This document shows, piece after piece, positions 18,573-29,222 of a stretch of DNA of 43,045 bases; position 1 is the stretch's first letter, and each line of letters opens with the position of its first letter. This stretch comes from a virus (Duplodnaviria > Caudoviricetes). Below the pieces are notes generated by a model, which searched no databases, was not told the DNA's origin, and worked only from the letters and a program-made list of their open reading frames with translations. The DNA lies in IMG/VR virus record IMGVR_UViG_3300032326_000838, positions 1-43,045 of that record; one strand, 5' to 3'. Made by a program: the position numbers and the translations under genes.

Positions 18573-21061
18573 TGGATGGGTCGGGATCTGCTGGTGATGG
18601 TGGCGATCCAGTCCAGACCGCTGAACATGCACGGGTTAGGGGTGCCGTTGACCAGATCGACCTGGCAGGTTTCGCCCCGTGAAGCAATCGGGATCTGGAA
18701 CACCCCCTCGAAATAGCTGCGGTCCTCGATGTCCAGGTCCTGGCCCAGGGTGCTGCCAACCTGGCTGTTGCGAACCCCCAGGGTCCAACCGTCAAACTTG
18801 TAGACGGCGGTACCCCGTCTCTCGGGCGTCACTTCAACCTTGAAAAAGCTGGTGTCGTGATACCGCAGCATGGCGTGTCGAACCTGGGTGCGGGCCACAT
18901 TGGACGCTACCTTTCCGGCCCCGGCGTCAACCTTCAGCACAAACTTAGAGAATCGATACCGGAACTCAAACGGCTGCCCGAAGACGATGTCCTTGCCCCG
19001 CCAGTCCCCCTTGGCGGTGATGGTGGTGGCCCCCGCCAGGGCCCGCCCGATCAGCTTGCCGCCGTTCTGCGTGGGCCCGTAGAGGGTCCATGCTTCCACC
19101 GGCACCTCAGCTGTATAGCCCAGGGGCCAGACCGTGGCATCGGCCACCACGTTGTAGACGCCAGTGGGCACCCGCACCGCCGCCGGGGTTGCCGTGGTGG
19201 TGGTCACACTGCGATCAAGCAGCAGGGTGGTCAGCGCATCGGTAGACAGCCGATCTGCCACCGGCATCTTCTCCAGCCAGACGGAGCCGTCGGCGTACTC
19301 GACCAGCAGGTACAGGGTCTCGGTGACGCACTGAATCGCCAGCACCTTGCCGGCCGTCAGGTCCCAATAGGACCAGCTGCGCTGCACCCGTTCGACGCCG
19401 TTGGCGCTGCCACGGTCCGAATACTTGTAGACGTAGATGCGGCTGCTGGTGCCGGTGATGGCAAACCAGATCCCGGCGGTGTCGTTGGCCGCCAGCTGCC
19501 GGATGCCGGCGGGGATGTAAGTGGGCACATGGTCGGTGATACTCGGGGCCGCACCGGTGAGCGCGGTCCCCACCCCTCTCAGGGCAAACTCTCGAAACTG
19601 GGTCCAGAGTCCATTGGTCTGGGCGAACACAATCCCGCCGGCCACCTGCAGCGGGGCCACCGCTGTGTCGCATTCGTAGGCCGTGAGCTGGGTAATGGCG
19701 GCGGTTGCGGGGGCCAGTGATTGCCCGCTGGATGCAGATCTGAACTGCAGCTGATCACTAAACAGAATCAGCTCGTCCTGACTGGGGACGGCATGGCGCA
19801 ACACGCTGACCTTGTTGCTGCTGGCCGCCAGGTCGATCGGGTCGGTGTCAAGTACCGTTGTAACGGTCTCAGGGAAGAAGTCAAAGAAGCTCTTGGCCCT
19901 GCTGAGGATTTGGCTTTCGTCAGCCAGCAAGCCCAACCGGTTGCGGTGGATGAAGACCGCCTGGATCGGGTAGCCGATGAAAGACGGGTTTGGGGCAGTG
20001 TCGTAGTCGCCAGCCGTCCGGTCCCCCCACTTTGGGGGCGTGAAGTCAAGGGCCGGCTGGTAGGTGCCGTTGGCGGGGCCGAAGTAGAAGTCGCCGCTGG
20101 CCAGCCGGATTAGCAGGTGGGGCATGGTGGCGGCACTGAGGCGATAGGGCATCCCCGGCCCGACGCATTCCTCCCAGGCCCCCTCGCCAAAGGCGGACGT
20201 GGCAACCCGGGGGACGAAGGAGACGTAGTAATTGTCAAACTTGTTACTCGGGTCGCCTTTGATCTCCACCTGGTAGCCGCGGGGGGCGATGGCCGGCAGG
20301 TCAGTAAAGGCCTGCACGCTGCTGGTGATGGCCGTGATGTCGTCGTTGGCCCTGGCATCGGTGGCAGCAATCGTGATGGCGTTGGCGGAGGTGAGATGCA
20401 GCACCGACCCTTCGCGGGTAATCGATACCCCGGTGGCCCCGGCCAGGGCGGTCTTGATCTGCTCCGCAATATCGGCAGTGCTGATCCGGTTCTCGGTGAT
20501 GTTGTTGCCGCTGGTGGTGACGGGTTGAATCGGTGTCGTGATGGTGGCCAACTGCCCGTTGACGGACACCCGGTAGGACTGGCCGTAGTTAGCTGCCTTT
20601 ACCCACACCAGAGCCTCGTGGGCAGCGGGCCTGGCCACGACCGGCGCCAGCGCAGTGGTAAACGCTGGCACCCGTTTGGTGTTCGATATGAAGGTGAAAT
20701 CCGCAATGCTGGCGGCGCGGATCTCGGCGGCCGGGTTGCCGGCAGTGGACAGATAGGTGTAGCCAAATGGGGCTGACACCGTTTTTTCGTTGCCGTCCAG
20801 GTCAAACACCCGAACGGAATTGGCTCCGATTGCAACCAGGTACTGCTCGGCTGAGTCCCGCAGAATTGAATGAAAAAACACGTTTCCCATGGATGCCGTT
20901 GCAACCCTCCGCAAGGCGCTGGTGCCGGCCCGCTTGCGCAGGCCATCCGCCATTGAGCTGTACCCATTGATCTGCAGCCTCCCTTGCGTCGGGTCGCATT
21001 GGGCGTCCGACTGCTGGCTGACGCCCTGACTCAGGTTTGGAATTGATTGGCTGGCGGTCAT
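18569..21061 (-). CDS. tail tubular protein B (gp12-like nozzle)
   Basis: IPNLSQGVSQQ, GLRKRAGT, WGDRTAGD, NPSFIG, RNRLG, QRSWSYW motifs; 830 aa. Confidence 0.95.
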   Translation of the reverse strand: MTASQSIPNLSQGVSQQSDAQCDPTQGRLQINGYSSMADGLRKRAGTSALRRVATASMGNVFFHSILRDSAEQYLVAIGANSVRVFDLDGNEKTVSAPFGYTYLSTAGNPAAEIRAASIADFTFISNTKRVPAFTTALAPVVARPAAHEALVWVKAANYGQSYRVSVNGQLATITTPIQPVTTSGNNITENRISTADIAEQIKTALAGATGVSITREGSVLHLTSANAITIAATDARANDDITAITSSVQAFTDLPAIAPRGYQVEIKGDPSNKFDNYYVSFVPRVATSAFGEGAWEECVGPGMPYRLSAATMPHLLIRLASGDFYFGPANGTYQPALDFTPPKWGDRTAGDYDTAPNPSFIGYPIQAVFIHRNRLGLLADESQILSRAKSFFDFFPETVTTVLDTDPIDLAASSNKVSVLRHAVPSQDELILFSDQLQFRSASSGQSLAPATAAITQLTAYECDTAVAPLQVAGGIVFAQTNGLWTQFREFALRGVGTALTGAAPSITDHVPTYIPAGIRQLAANDTAGIWFAITGTSSRIYVYKYSDRGSANGVERVQRSWSYWDLTAGKVLAIQCVTETLYLLVEYADGSVWLEKMPVADRLSTDALTTLLLDRSVTTTTATPAAVRVPTGVYNVVADATVWPLGYTAEVPVEAWTLYGPTQNGGKLIGRALAGATTITAKGDWRGKDIVFGQPFEFRYRFSKFVLKVDAGAGKVASNVARTQVRHAMLRYHDTSFFKVEVTPERRGTAVYKFDGWTLGVRNSQVGSTLGQDLDIEDRSYFEGVFQIPIASRGETCQVDLVNGTPNPCMFSGLDWIATITSRSRPIQ

Positions 21062-21237
21062 GGTTACGTGGTCGGAGCGGCTGTTTTGTAGAGATGGTTA
21101 GCTGGGAGAACATTTGACATTAAAACAGCATGAGTCATGTAACCCTCAAGCTTAAATATGTCGGCCATTTGCCAGGCGCCAGGCAAAATCGCAATTTCCG
21201 CATGCTGCTGTTGTTTCAATAGCTGTTACCAGGGGCA

Positions 21238-22071
21238 TTAGATCGGGTAGCGGATAATTACTTCGCCATCCTGCCCATTCTGTGCGGCGCCTGTGACGCT
21301 GCCTTTGCCACCGCCGCCGGGGCCGTTGCTGCCTAGGCCCCCTACGCCACCACCACCAAATCCGCCGCTGCCACCACCGCCGCAGCCAGGTACGGGTGCG
21401 CCAGTGATCGCTGATACCAGTCCATCGCCGCCGCGTCCATCAGCCCCCGACACTTGGCCGTTGCCGGGTTGAGCCGCGCCGCCACCACCGCCGCCACCAT
21501 AAACGGCGCCTCGGTCGTAATTTGCGCCGCCGTTGCGGCCCTGGCCTGCCGTGCCGGTGCCAGGCGGGCCGGCGCCCTGGCCAGGATTAGAGGCATAATT
21601 TGTCCCGCCGCCAGACCCGAATATGCCCGCGACACCGCCGGGGCCGCCTCCCAGCGCCTGGATCCCAGCAAACGAGCTATTTCCGCCTGGCGTGCCAAAA
21701 AACGAGCCTGACGCCGGGGCACCGATGCCCTTGGCTCCTACAGCTACGATGTACTGCTGCGGGGTCACGATCAGTCGCGGCTCGGCGGGCGATCCGCCAC
21801 CAGAGGGTTCCCCGGGTACGGAACTTCGATGACCGCCGCCTCCGCCACCACCACCGCCCCAGAATGATCGGGAACCACCGGCGCCGGCGCCACGAATTAA
21901 GTATTCGAGGTCAGCGCCGCCAACCGTTACGTCGAAAACGTATGTTCCTGGCACGTTAAAAACGTGTACCCGGTACCCAGCTATCTCAAATACTTGCACT
22001 CCCCCAGTGGCGATGATTCCACCACCAGCAGGGGGAGTAAACCGCCTTGGATTGAGCCAAATTATGCTCAT
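21238..22071 (-). CDS. glycine-rich virion/fibre-associated protein
   Basis: YRVHVF...EYLIRGAGAGG...GGGGGG...GEVIIRYP glycine-rich domain; ATGA-coupled. Confidence 0.75.
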   Translation of the reverse strand: MSIIWLNPRRFTPPAGGGIIATGGVQVFEIAGYRVHVFNVPGTYVFDVTVGGADLEYLIRGAGAGGSRSFWGGGGGGGGGHRSSVPGEPSGGGSPAEPRLIVTPQQYIVAVGAKGIGAPASGSFFGTPGGNSSFAGIQALGGGPGGVAGIFGSGGGTNYASNPGQGAGPPGTGTAGQGRNGGANYDRGAVYGGGGGGGAAQPGNGQVSGADGRGGDGLVSAITGAPVPGCGGGGSGGFGGGGVGGLGSNGPGGGGKGSVTGAAQNGQDGEVIIRYPI

Positions 22072-22745
22072 TCCTGCCGCTCCCAAACCAGTGACTCGCG
22101 CTCAATGGTGCTGGGGTCGTCGGGTAAAAACTGACCGTCAGCATCACGAGCCTGCACCACAACCCACGGGTCGCCGGAAGCATCCACCCACTCCTGCCCT
22201 ACCGCCATCGCCATCGGGCGGGCGGCGCCGCCCAGTGCCGCCACAAATGAATCGGGCAAATTTAAGGCCAGCGCCAGTCCTCGAACCTCCTGCAACAGTT
22301 CAGAGCTGACCAACCCCTGCCGCCGCATGGCGATCCAGGCCCCCCGAAAATCGTCCGGGTCACCTTCACCTGCAGCGGCCACCAACAGCAGGGCTGGTGG
22401 CAACGACAGGCCCGCTGCTGGGGCGGTGCTCAGGCTGCCGGCCAGCATCTGGTTGATCGCAGGGTGGGCCAAAAGGGTCCTCTTGAACGTTCGCCAATCC
22501 GGCACTGGCGGCGGAGTCGGCAATGGTTCAACTAACCAACCCCAGATCCATTGCCTTGCGGCGAGGTCAATCGTTTGGATCTCCCGAATGCTATGGGTCG
22601 TGGGGTCGTGCTCCGGCTGGGGGGTCCGCACAATGGCCAGTACCTCATACTGAGCGTCGAGGCCCTCGACGGGTTCATCGTCGAGCCGTGGGTACGCCAC
22701 CAGTTTGCCGGTGGTGGTGTTGAGCAAAATAAAATTTGGGGCCAT
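22068..22745 (-). CDS. hypothetical protein, possible fibre assembly chaperone
   Basis: Directly follows the collagen-fusion gene; PQPEHDPTTH...WIWGWLVE resembles fibre-associated accessory proteins. Confidence 0.6.
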   Translation of the reverse strand: MAPNFILLNTTTGKLVAYPRLDDEPVEGLDAQYEVLAIVRTPQPEHDPTTHSIREIQTIDLAARQWIWGWLVEPLPTPPPVPDWRTFKRTLLAHPAINQMLAGSLSTAPAAGLSLPPALLLVAAAGEGDPDDFRGAWIAMRRQGLVSSELLQEVRGLALALNLPDSFVAALGGAARPMAMAVGQEWVDASGDPWVVVQARDADGQFLPDDPSTIERESLVWERQE

Positions 22746-24398
22746 CTAGCCGGTCCTCCGCACTGTGAGATACAACTGGGCCAACCTGCAGCCACCACCA
22801 GCCTGCGTGATGTCAAACCGCAGAATATCGCCCGCCGCTGCAGTCGTGATTGACAGCGTGCCGCCGCTGCCCTCGATGCTGCCGATCGCAATTTGCGGGA
22901 GGGTGCTGTAGATCGAGGTGGCGTTCAGCCTGGCATTAACGATAAACGTAGACCCTGATGCAGCAGTTTCCGCGCTCAGTGCTGACGCCAGGATTTGTGC
23001 AGGCCAGAGAAACTTAAACCGCTCAACTAAGGTTGCTGCGGTTGGGTCGGCCTGGGTGCCGCTGAGTTCTACCACGATTAAGTCAGAATCTCGCTGGTGA
23101 ACGTGATCCTCCCTGGCATAGTCCGTGCTGGTGCCGATCGCTGCAGTAGCAGCCAGTGCTGCTGGCGCAGCATCGGCGGGAGATGGGGCAAGCCCTGCCG
23201 CCCCCGCAGGACCCTGGGGGCCTGTCGCGCCGGTGGCACCCGTCGCACCCGTCGCACCCGTCGCACCCGTTGGCCCCTGCGGGCCTGCTGGGCCCTGAGG
23301 CCCGGTCACCCCTTGAGGCCCCTGCGGGCCAACCAAAGACGCCAGCCATTGTGCTTCGGTCCCTGAAAAACCGCCAGCCACGGCCGCCTGGTAGGCGCTA
23401 CTGCCCGTTGCGCCGGTAGGCCCCGTCGCCCCCTGGGGCCCAGTAGGCCCAGTTGGGCCAGGGACCGTTGACGCAGCCCCCGCCGGCCCCTGAGGCCCAG
23501 CGGGTCCAGCCGGCCCGGTTGGGCCCGGAGCCGTCGATGCAGCGCCCGTCGCGCCCGTGGCCCCCGTCGCCCCCTGCGGCCCAGCTGGACCTTGCGCGCC
23601 CTGGGGCCCTGTCGCCCCCGTAGCCCCGGTGGCGCCCGGTGGCCCTTGGGGCCCTGGTGGCCCTTGGGGTCCTGGCGGCCCAGCGTCCCCGGTCCCTCCC
23701 GTTCCCCCCGTGCCCCCCGGCGACGCCCCCCTACTCCCACCAAAACCAATCGCCCCATCCCCCAGTCCGCTGCCGCGGCGTCCCCCCACCCCCAGGCGCG
23801 GGCGGAATGTGGCCCATGAATCGCCACCGGTCAGGGCATTGGGCTGCGACTGCGCAGTGTCGACCCGCAGCAGGTTGGCCCATGCCTTGTCCTCATCGGC
23901 CTGCGTGAGCTGGTAGGTGGTGGTGTTCCCAACCGACCTGTTGCTGAACACCCGCGCTGCACGGATGGTGGTCCAGCGGTTGTAGACCTCGGGGGATTCG
24001 TCCCACGACAGCAGGGTGACGACGTTGGCGTAGATCGCCGCCTCACCGATCGCGTAAGACCTGGTTTGCAGGTCGTAAACGCGAGTCCCGCGCAACTGGA
24101 AGCGCCCGTTCCATTCGACCCGGTTGGGCGCCCACTGCACGATGTTGGCCGGGACTGTCAGCTCCCCGGTATCCAGGTCCCGGTGGAAGGGCACATCGGT
24201 CTCCCGGTTCCAGCTCCACCCCTCCGTCTGGCCTTCCTTGTGAAATTCGAGCAGGGCACGCTCGGCATCCGCCGCCTCGCCTACCTGCTGCGTCTCCAGC
24301 GAATTGACCGGCGCTTCGCCGATCGTCGCCAGGCAGATATTGACCGCTTCCAGGAGCGTGGTCCGGCCGGGGCTCAGTTGCTGGGCCGCCTGCCCCAT
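22746..24398 (-). CDS. tail tubular protein A (gp11-like) fused to collagen-like repeats and a C-terminal beta domain
   Basis: [16 protein letters not shown]...GWSWN gp11 motifs in the first ~200 aa, then long G-X-Y runs. Confidence 0.9.
   Translation of the reverse strand: MGQAAQQLSPGRTTLLEAVNICLATIGEAPVNSLETQQVGEAADAERALLEFHKEGQTEGWSWNRETDVPFHRDLDTGELTVPANIVQWAPNRVEWNGRFQLRGTRVYDLQTRSYAIGEAAIYANVVTLLSWDESPEVYNRWTTIRAARVFSNRSVGNTTTYQLTQADEDKAWANLLRVDTAQSQPNALTGGDSWATFRPRLGVGGRRGSGLGDGAIGFGGSRGASPGGTGGTGGTGDAGPPGPQGPPGPQGPPGATGATGATGPQGAQGPAGPQGATGATGATGAASTAPGPTGPAGPAGPQGPAGAASTVPGPTGPTGPQGATGPTGATGSSAYQAAVAGGFSGTEAQWLASLVGPQGPQGVTGPQGPAGPQGPTGATGATGATGATGATGPQGPAGAAGLAPSPADAAPAALAATAAIGTSTDYAREDHVHQRDSDLIVVELSGTQADPTAATLVERFKFLWPAQILASALSAETAASGSTFIVNARLNATSIYSTLPQIAIGSIEGSGGTLSITTAAAGDILRFDITQAGGGCRLAQLYLTVRRTG
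23200..23690 (-). repeat. collagen G-X-Y coding repeats (incl. 9-bp GCACCCGTC tandem)
   Basis: [20 protein letters not shown] repeats seen in DNA and protein. Confidence 0.9.
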
Positions 24399-24406
24399 CG
24401 CTGCCG

Positions 24407-24420
24407 CTGCAAGGTTGCAG
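24407..24420. promoter_or_regulatory. CTNCA-N4-TGNAG box upstream of tail tube A
   Basis: CTGCA-AGGT-TGCAG; TAGGAT 4 nt upstream on the minus strand. Confidence 0.65.
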
Positions 24421-24442
24421 AGCAATCCTAGCGGCAGCCATG

Positions 24443-24470
24443 AAAAAACCCCCGGTTTGACGCGGGGGCC
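24443..24470 (-). terminator. intrinsic terminator after major capsid gene (T-phi equivalent)
   Basis: CCCCCG-loop-CGGGGG followed by TTTTTT on the minus strand. Confidence 0.85.
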
Positions 24471-24495
24471 TGCTCCCATGTGCTCCGGCTGCAGC

Positions 24496-25512
24496 TTAGG
24501 GGACGACGATGCACCCCGCGCATTCGGGGCTCAATTTGCCCATGCCGATGGCCATGGATGCCACCAACAGTTGGGACTGGTAGACCACGTTGTAGTCACC
24601 ATTCGGTGCGGTCATCTGGAGCTTCGGCGCCCGCAGCTCCAATACGCCCATTGCATCCCCGTGGTAAATCAGGGCCCGGCACTTGGAGAGATCCTGGGCG
24701 TACTCGCTGTTGGCGTTGTCCTGGGCCTGCAGGGTGTAAGCCGGCTGCTCGATGAAGTTCGACCAGTAAACAGGCACCCCAGAGATCCGCCCAGCAAACA
24801 CTTCCTGGACAGTGCCGTTGCTGCCGGTCCCGCCGTTGAAGTCGGCATTGATCAGCCGCTTCGAGTCCTGTAGCCAACCCAAGACATCGGGGGTAACGAC
24901 GCAGCGCATGTTCCCGGTGGGGACGTCCTTCTTCTGCTTCAAGGTCACCATCTGTTTGATGGCGGCATAGAGCTCGTCACCCTTCGCCTCGTTGTTGGCA
25001 GCGGCAAACCCAGCGCTCAGGGTGATCTTGTCGCCAGTGCGGCCGGCGTTGATCGATTTGGCGAACGGCTCAGCGGTGGTGTTGGCAGCCGCAAACAGGA
25101 TGCGGGCAACACGACGTTCCCGCTCGTCAGCCAGTGCCTCCCCCAACTGGTGCATGGTTTCCGCCCTGGTGGCCGGGTCCTCCTGCAGCTCGTCCAGGTC
25201 GTAGATCGCCTCATCGGCAATCATCAACCCATCGAGCCGGAGGATCCGGCTGTTGAAGTCGGACGGGGAGTTGCCGCCGCCGTCGATTGGGGTCCCAATG
25301 GTGTGGTAGCGGGCCTGACGGCGGGCGGTCATGTTGAACCGCTTGGTTCGACCACCCCTGATGGTCTTGGTCTTCACGGTGGAAGACAGGATTTTTTTCT
25401 TGTCGTAAGCAGTCAGCAGCTCGTCGCCGCCAAGATCCAGAAACAGGGCGGTGACATCGCCAGCGCCCCGGACCTGCCCAAGCCTGGACAGACCGAGTAA
25501 ATCGGCAGACAT
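24496..25512 (-). CDS. major capsid protein (gp10-like)
   Basis: [42 protein letters not shown] motifs; 338 aa. Confidence 0.95.
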   Translation of the reverse strand: MSADLLGLSRLGQVRGAGDVTALFLDLGGDELLTAYDKKKILSSTVKTKTIRGGRTKRFNMTARRQARYHTIGTPIDGGGNSPSDFNSRILRLDGLMIADEAIYDLDELQEDPATRAETMHQLGEALADERERRVARILFAAANTTAEPFAKSINAGRTGDKITLSAGFAAANNEAKGDELYAAIKQMVTLKQKKDVPTGNMRCVVTPDVLGWLQDSKRLINADFNGGTGSNGTVQEVFAGRISGVPVYWSNFIEQPAYTLQAQDNANSEYAQDLSKCRALIYHGDAMGVLELRAPKLQMTAPNGDYNVVYQSQLLVASMAIGMGKLSPECAGCIVVP

Positions 25513-25590
25513 TGCGATTGCGGAAATGAAGTTCTCTTGGGACCCATCGCCTTCCGCTAATCAAGTTGTCGGCCGCAGCCGGCTAGATAG

Positions 25591-25604
25591 CTACAAGGGT
25601 GGAG
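25591..25604. promoter_or_regulatory. CTNCA-N4-TGNAG box upstream of major capsid gene
   Basis: CTACA-AGGG-TGGAG at the T7 phi10-equivalent position. Confidence 0.6.
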
Positions 25605-25619
25605 TAATCCACACAAACG

Positions 25620-26561
25620 TTACCACTTCTTGGCTCTCTTCGTTCTGGCGAACTTGGCATCCAAGCGGCGCTGATAGCTTTCGTCCTTCAGGTATCGCTC
25701 GTTGCCGTTGTCATCTTTGGCGTAGCGGTCCTTTCTCCAGTCCTCCTGTGTCTCGTAAACATCGGCTGGCTCGCTGGTCTGCGCCCCGCCCCCCAGGTAC
25801 TCGGGCTCCCTGGGGGCAGTGCCGGCGCGGGCCTGGAATGCCTGCAGCGCAAACTGCACCGCCAGCAGGTTGCCGGTATCCAGTGCCTGCTGGTAGGCGA
25901 TCTTCTCCTCTGCCCCCAGGTTGGTGGCGGCCCATCGGCTCAGCTTGTCGAAGGCGGCATCACCGCCGACCGACTGGCGCAGGGCCGCCACCACCTCGGG
26001 CTGATCGTTCAGGCTGCCGGCGGCCGGTGCCGCTGCTTCGGCTGGCTTGACGCCAGCCAGATAGGTTTCGACCAATGCCCTGGGCAGCCCACCCTTTTCG
26101 GCCAGGGCGTCCACGTAGGCGGTGACATCCTCGCCGGCCTCGAACTTGGCCGCCATTTCAAAGGGGTTGACCTCGGCTTCCTGGAACCTGGCGGCCAAGG
26201 CTTCGCCGTAAACCTCGGCGCCACGCTCGGGGGTGTACTCCTCGACCTCGGCGGCGGCCGGGGGTGCCTCGGTCTTCTCGCTGCGCTGGCCCTGCTGGCC
26301 CTGCTTGCGCTGCAGTTCCAGGTAAGCCCTCTCCAGGTCGGCCGGGCTGTCGAACTTGCCGGCCAGCTTTGCCGGCTTGGCCTCGGGGGCAGCGGGCGCT
26401 TCCTCGCCCTCAACCTCCTCGCGGTCGGGGACGCCTGCATCGTCTAGGAACTTGTCCAGGATGCTGATCTGCTTGGAGGACGCGGGATCGACAAGCGCCT
26501 TAAGTTCAGCCGGGGCATTGATCTGGTCAAGGGTCTTGGGGGGCGTGGCTTCAGTGGTCAT
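25620..26561 (-). CDS. capsid scaffolding protein (gp9-like)
   Basis: LAGKFDSPADLERAYLELQRK, VGGDAAFDKLSRWA, RYLKDESY motifs. Confidence 0.92.
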   Translation of the reverse strand: MTTEATPPKTLDQINAPAELKALVDPASSKQISILDKFLDDAGVPDREEVEGEEAPAAPEAKPAKLAGKFDSPADLERAYLELQRKQGQQGQRSEKTEAPPAAAEVEEYTPERGAEVYGEALAARFQEAEVNPFEMAAKFEAGEDVTAYVDALAEKGGLPRALVETYLAGVKPAEAAAPAAGSLNDQPEVVAALRQSVGGDAAFDKLSRWAATNLGAEEKIAYQQALDTGNLLAVQFALQAFQARAGTAPREPEYLGGGAQTSEPADVYETQEDWRKDRYAKDDNGNERYLKDESYQRRLDAKFARTKRAKKW

Positions 26562-28279
26562 GGTTGCATCTCGGGTGAAGTGGGTTGTACGGGCTGGCCG
26601 TCAAGAGGGGCCCCCTCGGCCATTTGCTGCACGGCCATGCCGGCATTGGCCAGCTTCTGGGGATCCCCCATGCCGGCCTGGATCAACTGCTGCTGCCGTG
26701 CCTGCTGCATGGCGGCAGCCTGCTCTCCCTGGATCCGCTTGTCGGACTTCACCAGCATCGGATCAACGCCAATCGCAGTAGCCCACTGCCTGGCCCATGC
26801 AGCGCCATCAATCATTGAGCCGAACTGCTGCGGCATAGCCTGGTTGCCGCCCAATGCAAACTGGCTTAATCGCTCCGCGTCGGACTGGCGGCCCAGCGCG
26901 GCAAGGCCAATGACGATCAGCGGCTCAACGCCTGGCAGCTCGGGCAGCTTGTTCCTCTTGCGCAGGAGGGCCAGGATCCGCCTGACATAGGGATACTGAA
27001 ACTCAACCGTAAGAATCGAGTAGATGGAGCCCAGCATCTGCTCGATCTGGGTGATCTGCAGCCTGACCTCCTCGGCCGTAGTGCGTTCCGACTGCCGGAT
27101 ATTGGGCAGCAGAAAGATTTTGCTGAGACGGTCCTCCAGTGTTGATTTTTCCTGGAAAGCAACACCCAGGTCACGCACGCTGCTGGTTTCAATCGGGAAG
27201 AAATCTTGGGGCTGCCCATCAATTACGCTCAAATTGGGGGCCGCAGCAAAGGCATCTTTACTGGTGATGGCCGATGGCTTGCGGCCAACGATCTGCCGCG
27301 CTGCTGCCGCGCTGCCTTCCGCCACTGCCTGGCTGACGCCATCCAGGTTGGATAGGTCGGCAAGGGCGCACCACTCGACATAGCCAGGGCCGTAACTGTC
27401 GCCATCGATGCGGAACAGCCGGAGCGGCATCCACGGGCTGGCATCGGCCGGCTCGCTCCCCTCGGTTCCGGGGACGATGTAGCCCCCTACTTCTTGGTGC
27501 CATGTCACCTTGCCCGGGGAGTCATCAGGCCCCGGTTCCCATTTGATGTGGGTGAAGACCTTGATTCGCCTGTAATCCCGCCTGGCGTTGTCCTCGTTTT
27601 GGTAGTCGCCACGCAGCTTATCGGCCTCATCCAGAACCGCCTTGAGCTTTGGGTTAAGGGACGCATAGAGATAGGTTTCGCAGGCCACGGCTTCCACCGG
27701 TTGGCCCATCGGATCCCTCAGCAGCACATGCTTGTTGAGGTGAAAACACTTCATCGCCGCGGGGGCCCGGTACAGCATCACCGCACCGCCCACGATCAAA
27801 TGCATCAGCGCCTCGAAGAGCGCAACCCGATCATTCGATGTGGCGATTGAGCGCTCGATGGATCGGTCCAGCAAGGCCAGGGCCTTTTCGATGTCGATCT
27901 TCTGATTGGCAATGTCCTCCTCCCCAGTCCCCATTTGCGCGGCTTCGGCTTCTTCCGCCGCCGCCTTCAGCTCGTCCTTTGTCAGCCGGAACAGACCACC
28001 CGTTGGCGGCAGGAGGGCCAACAATAACCGAGAACAGATGTTGTTTGCCCCCATGGCGCCAATTCCATTCCAGGGCAGCTCCTGCTCCCTGGCCGCCTCC
28101 ACCAGGATCTCGTCCGACTCAGGGATCAGGAATGGAATCGTGAGCCTTGACGCCCTGCGGGCCCGCTCCAGCCACGCATTACGGTAGGTGCGCAGCTGGT
28201 TGTACCTGACCTCTGCCCGGCCCTCCAGCAGCCCCTGCGCCTTGGAGATCGAATCGACGCCGCTGTCTCCGCGTTCCAT
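26558..28279 (-). CDS. portal / head-tail connector (gp8-like)
   Basis: LTIPFL, GIGAMGANN, LLLALLPP, DGDSYGPGYVE, RQSERTTAEEVR motifs. Confidence 0.96.
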   Translation of the reverse strand: MERGDSGVDSISKAQGLLEGRAEVRYNQLRTYRNAWLERARRASRLTIPFLIPESDEILVEAAREQELPWNGIGAMGANNICSRLLLALLPPTGGLFRLTKDELKAAAEEAEAAQMGTGEEDIANQKIDIEKALALLDRSIERSIATSNDRVALFEALMHLIVGGAVMLYRAPAAMKCFHLNKHVLLRDPMGQPVEAVACETYLYASLNPKLKAVLDEADKLRGDYQNEDNARRDYRRIKVFTHIKWEPGPDDSPGKVTWHQEVGGYIVPGTEGSEPADASPWMPLRLFRIDGDSYGPGYVEWCALADLSNLDGVSQAVAEGSAAAARQIVGRKPSAITSKDAFAAAPNLSVIDGQPQDFFPIETSSVRDLGVAFQEKSTLEDRLSKIFLLPNIRQSERTTAEEVRLQITQIEQMLGSIYSILTVEFQYPYVRRILALLRKRNKLPELPGVEPLIVIGLAALGRQSDAERLSQFALGGNQAMPQQFGSMIDGAAWARQWATAIGVDPMLVKSDKRIQGEQAAAMQQARQQQLIQAGMGDPQKLANAGMAVQQMAEGAPLDGQPVQPTSPEMQP

Positions 28280-28656
28280 TAGATCCCCAGGTTCAGGCCG
28301 ACGCCTGCAAGGTTGATGTCAGCGGTCAGGCTGAGCCTCTGGTTCGGCTTCTTCTTGGGCGCAGTAACCGCCGTGGTCTGCTCCTGCCCTGCCCCAGCGG
28401 TGCCCTGCCCCAGGGACACGGTGTAGGGGTTGGCATTGACGAGGGTTTGACCGGGGGCCCTGGCCGCCTCCAGTTCGCGCTGTCGTGCCGCCGTGTCGTT
28501 GGCGATCATTTCGGATTGGGCCCGCAGTTGATCGACCATTTCCCGGTTTTGTTTGTTGATGCTCTTCATGGCCTCCTCCTGTTGCTGCGCCATGGGATCG
28601 ATCTTCTGCTTTGACTTGGCGCCCATCGCCTTTGCGAGATCGCGTGCTGCACACAT
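28279..28656 (-). CDS. small virion protein (gp7.3-like position)
   Basis: MC start, ends GVGLNLGI; immediately before portal. Confidence 0.7.
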   Translation of the reverse strand: MCAARDLAKAMGAKSKQKIDPMAQQQEEAMKSINKQNREMVDQLRAQSEMIANDTAARQRELEAARAPGQTLVNANPYTVSLGQGTAGAGQEQTTAVTAPKKKPNQRLSLTADINLAGVGLNLGI

Positions 28657-28658
28657 GG

Positions 28659-29033
28659 CTACTGCCCCAGAGATAACGTTTGCTGCCGATCAATCCGCAG
28701 CCCGCGGCTGCCCGTTGGCCGGGTCATGCCGGTGCGGTTGTCGCCCAAGGTGGGCGCCTTGGCGCTGCGCTCGGGGACCGGCGCCCCGATCAATGCCGCC
28801 AACCGACCAGCAGTTGCGGCAGTGTTCTGCGCCTGCTCCATGCGGGCATCGCGCAACCGCTCCATCACCGCCTGCTGCTGCAGCGTTGCAGTGTTGATCC
28901 CCTGCTGGGCCGCCATCACCTTGGACGACTGCTGCATCTGCATCAACCGGAGCTGAGTGTCAGCCAGCTGGTTGTACTTGCCGTAGTCGGGTTGGGTGAT
29001 GGTGGGGGTTGGTGGCTTGCGACCGCCGCACAT
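28659..29033 (-). CDS. small virion protein (gp6.7-like position)
   Basis: MCGG start, C-terminal GSRGLRIDR. Confidence 0.7.
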   Translation of the reverse strand: MCGGRKPPTPTITQPDYGKYNQLADTQLRLMQMQQSSKVMAAQQGINTATLQQQAVMERLRDARMEQAQNTAATAGRLAALIGAPVPERSAKAPTLGDNRTGMTRPTGSRGLRIDRQQTLSLGQ

Positions 29034-29209
29034 CACAGGTCCAGCAACGGGTCTTGCTCGGTGGCCCACTGGCGGATGGTCTCCACCACCCGCTGCTCCC
29101 CAATGATCTGGGCCCGCTGGTCGGGAGACTTGTTGGCCATGCCAACGATGTCAGCGGGGAAACTCTGCGTCAGGCGGACCAGCAATCCTGGGGGGACAAG
29201 AGGCTGCAT
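29033..29209 (-). CDS. 58-aa gp6.5-like protein (not in ORF track)
   Basis: MQPLVPPGLLVRLTQSFPAD...IGEQRVVETIRQW...LDL*; TGATG-coupled to the next gene. Confidence 0.7.
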   Translation of the reverse strand: MQPLVPPGLLVRLTQSFPADIVGMANKSPDQRAQIIGEQRVVETIRQWATEQDPLLDL

Positions 29210-29222
29210 TACAGGGGTGCAG
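29209..29222. promoter_or_regulatory. CTNCA-N4-TGNAG box at start of structural region
   Basis: TTACA-GGGG-TGCAG abutting the ATG; 16/18 nt identical to the holin upstream region; TAGACT 11 nt upstream. Confidence 0.65.

Noticed and set aside
24443-24520. T7 10A/10B-type frameshift extension of the capsid protein
   Set aside because: No clear slippery site, and a terminator follows the stop within ~30 nt
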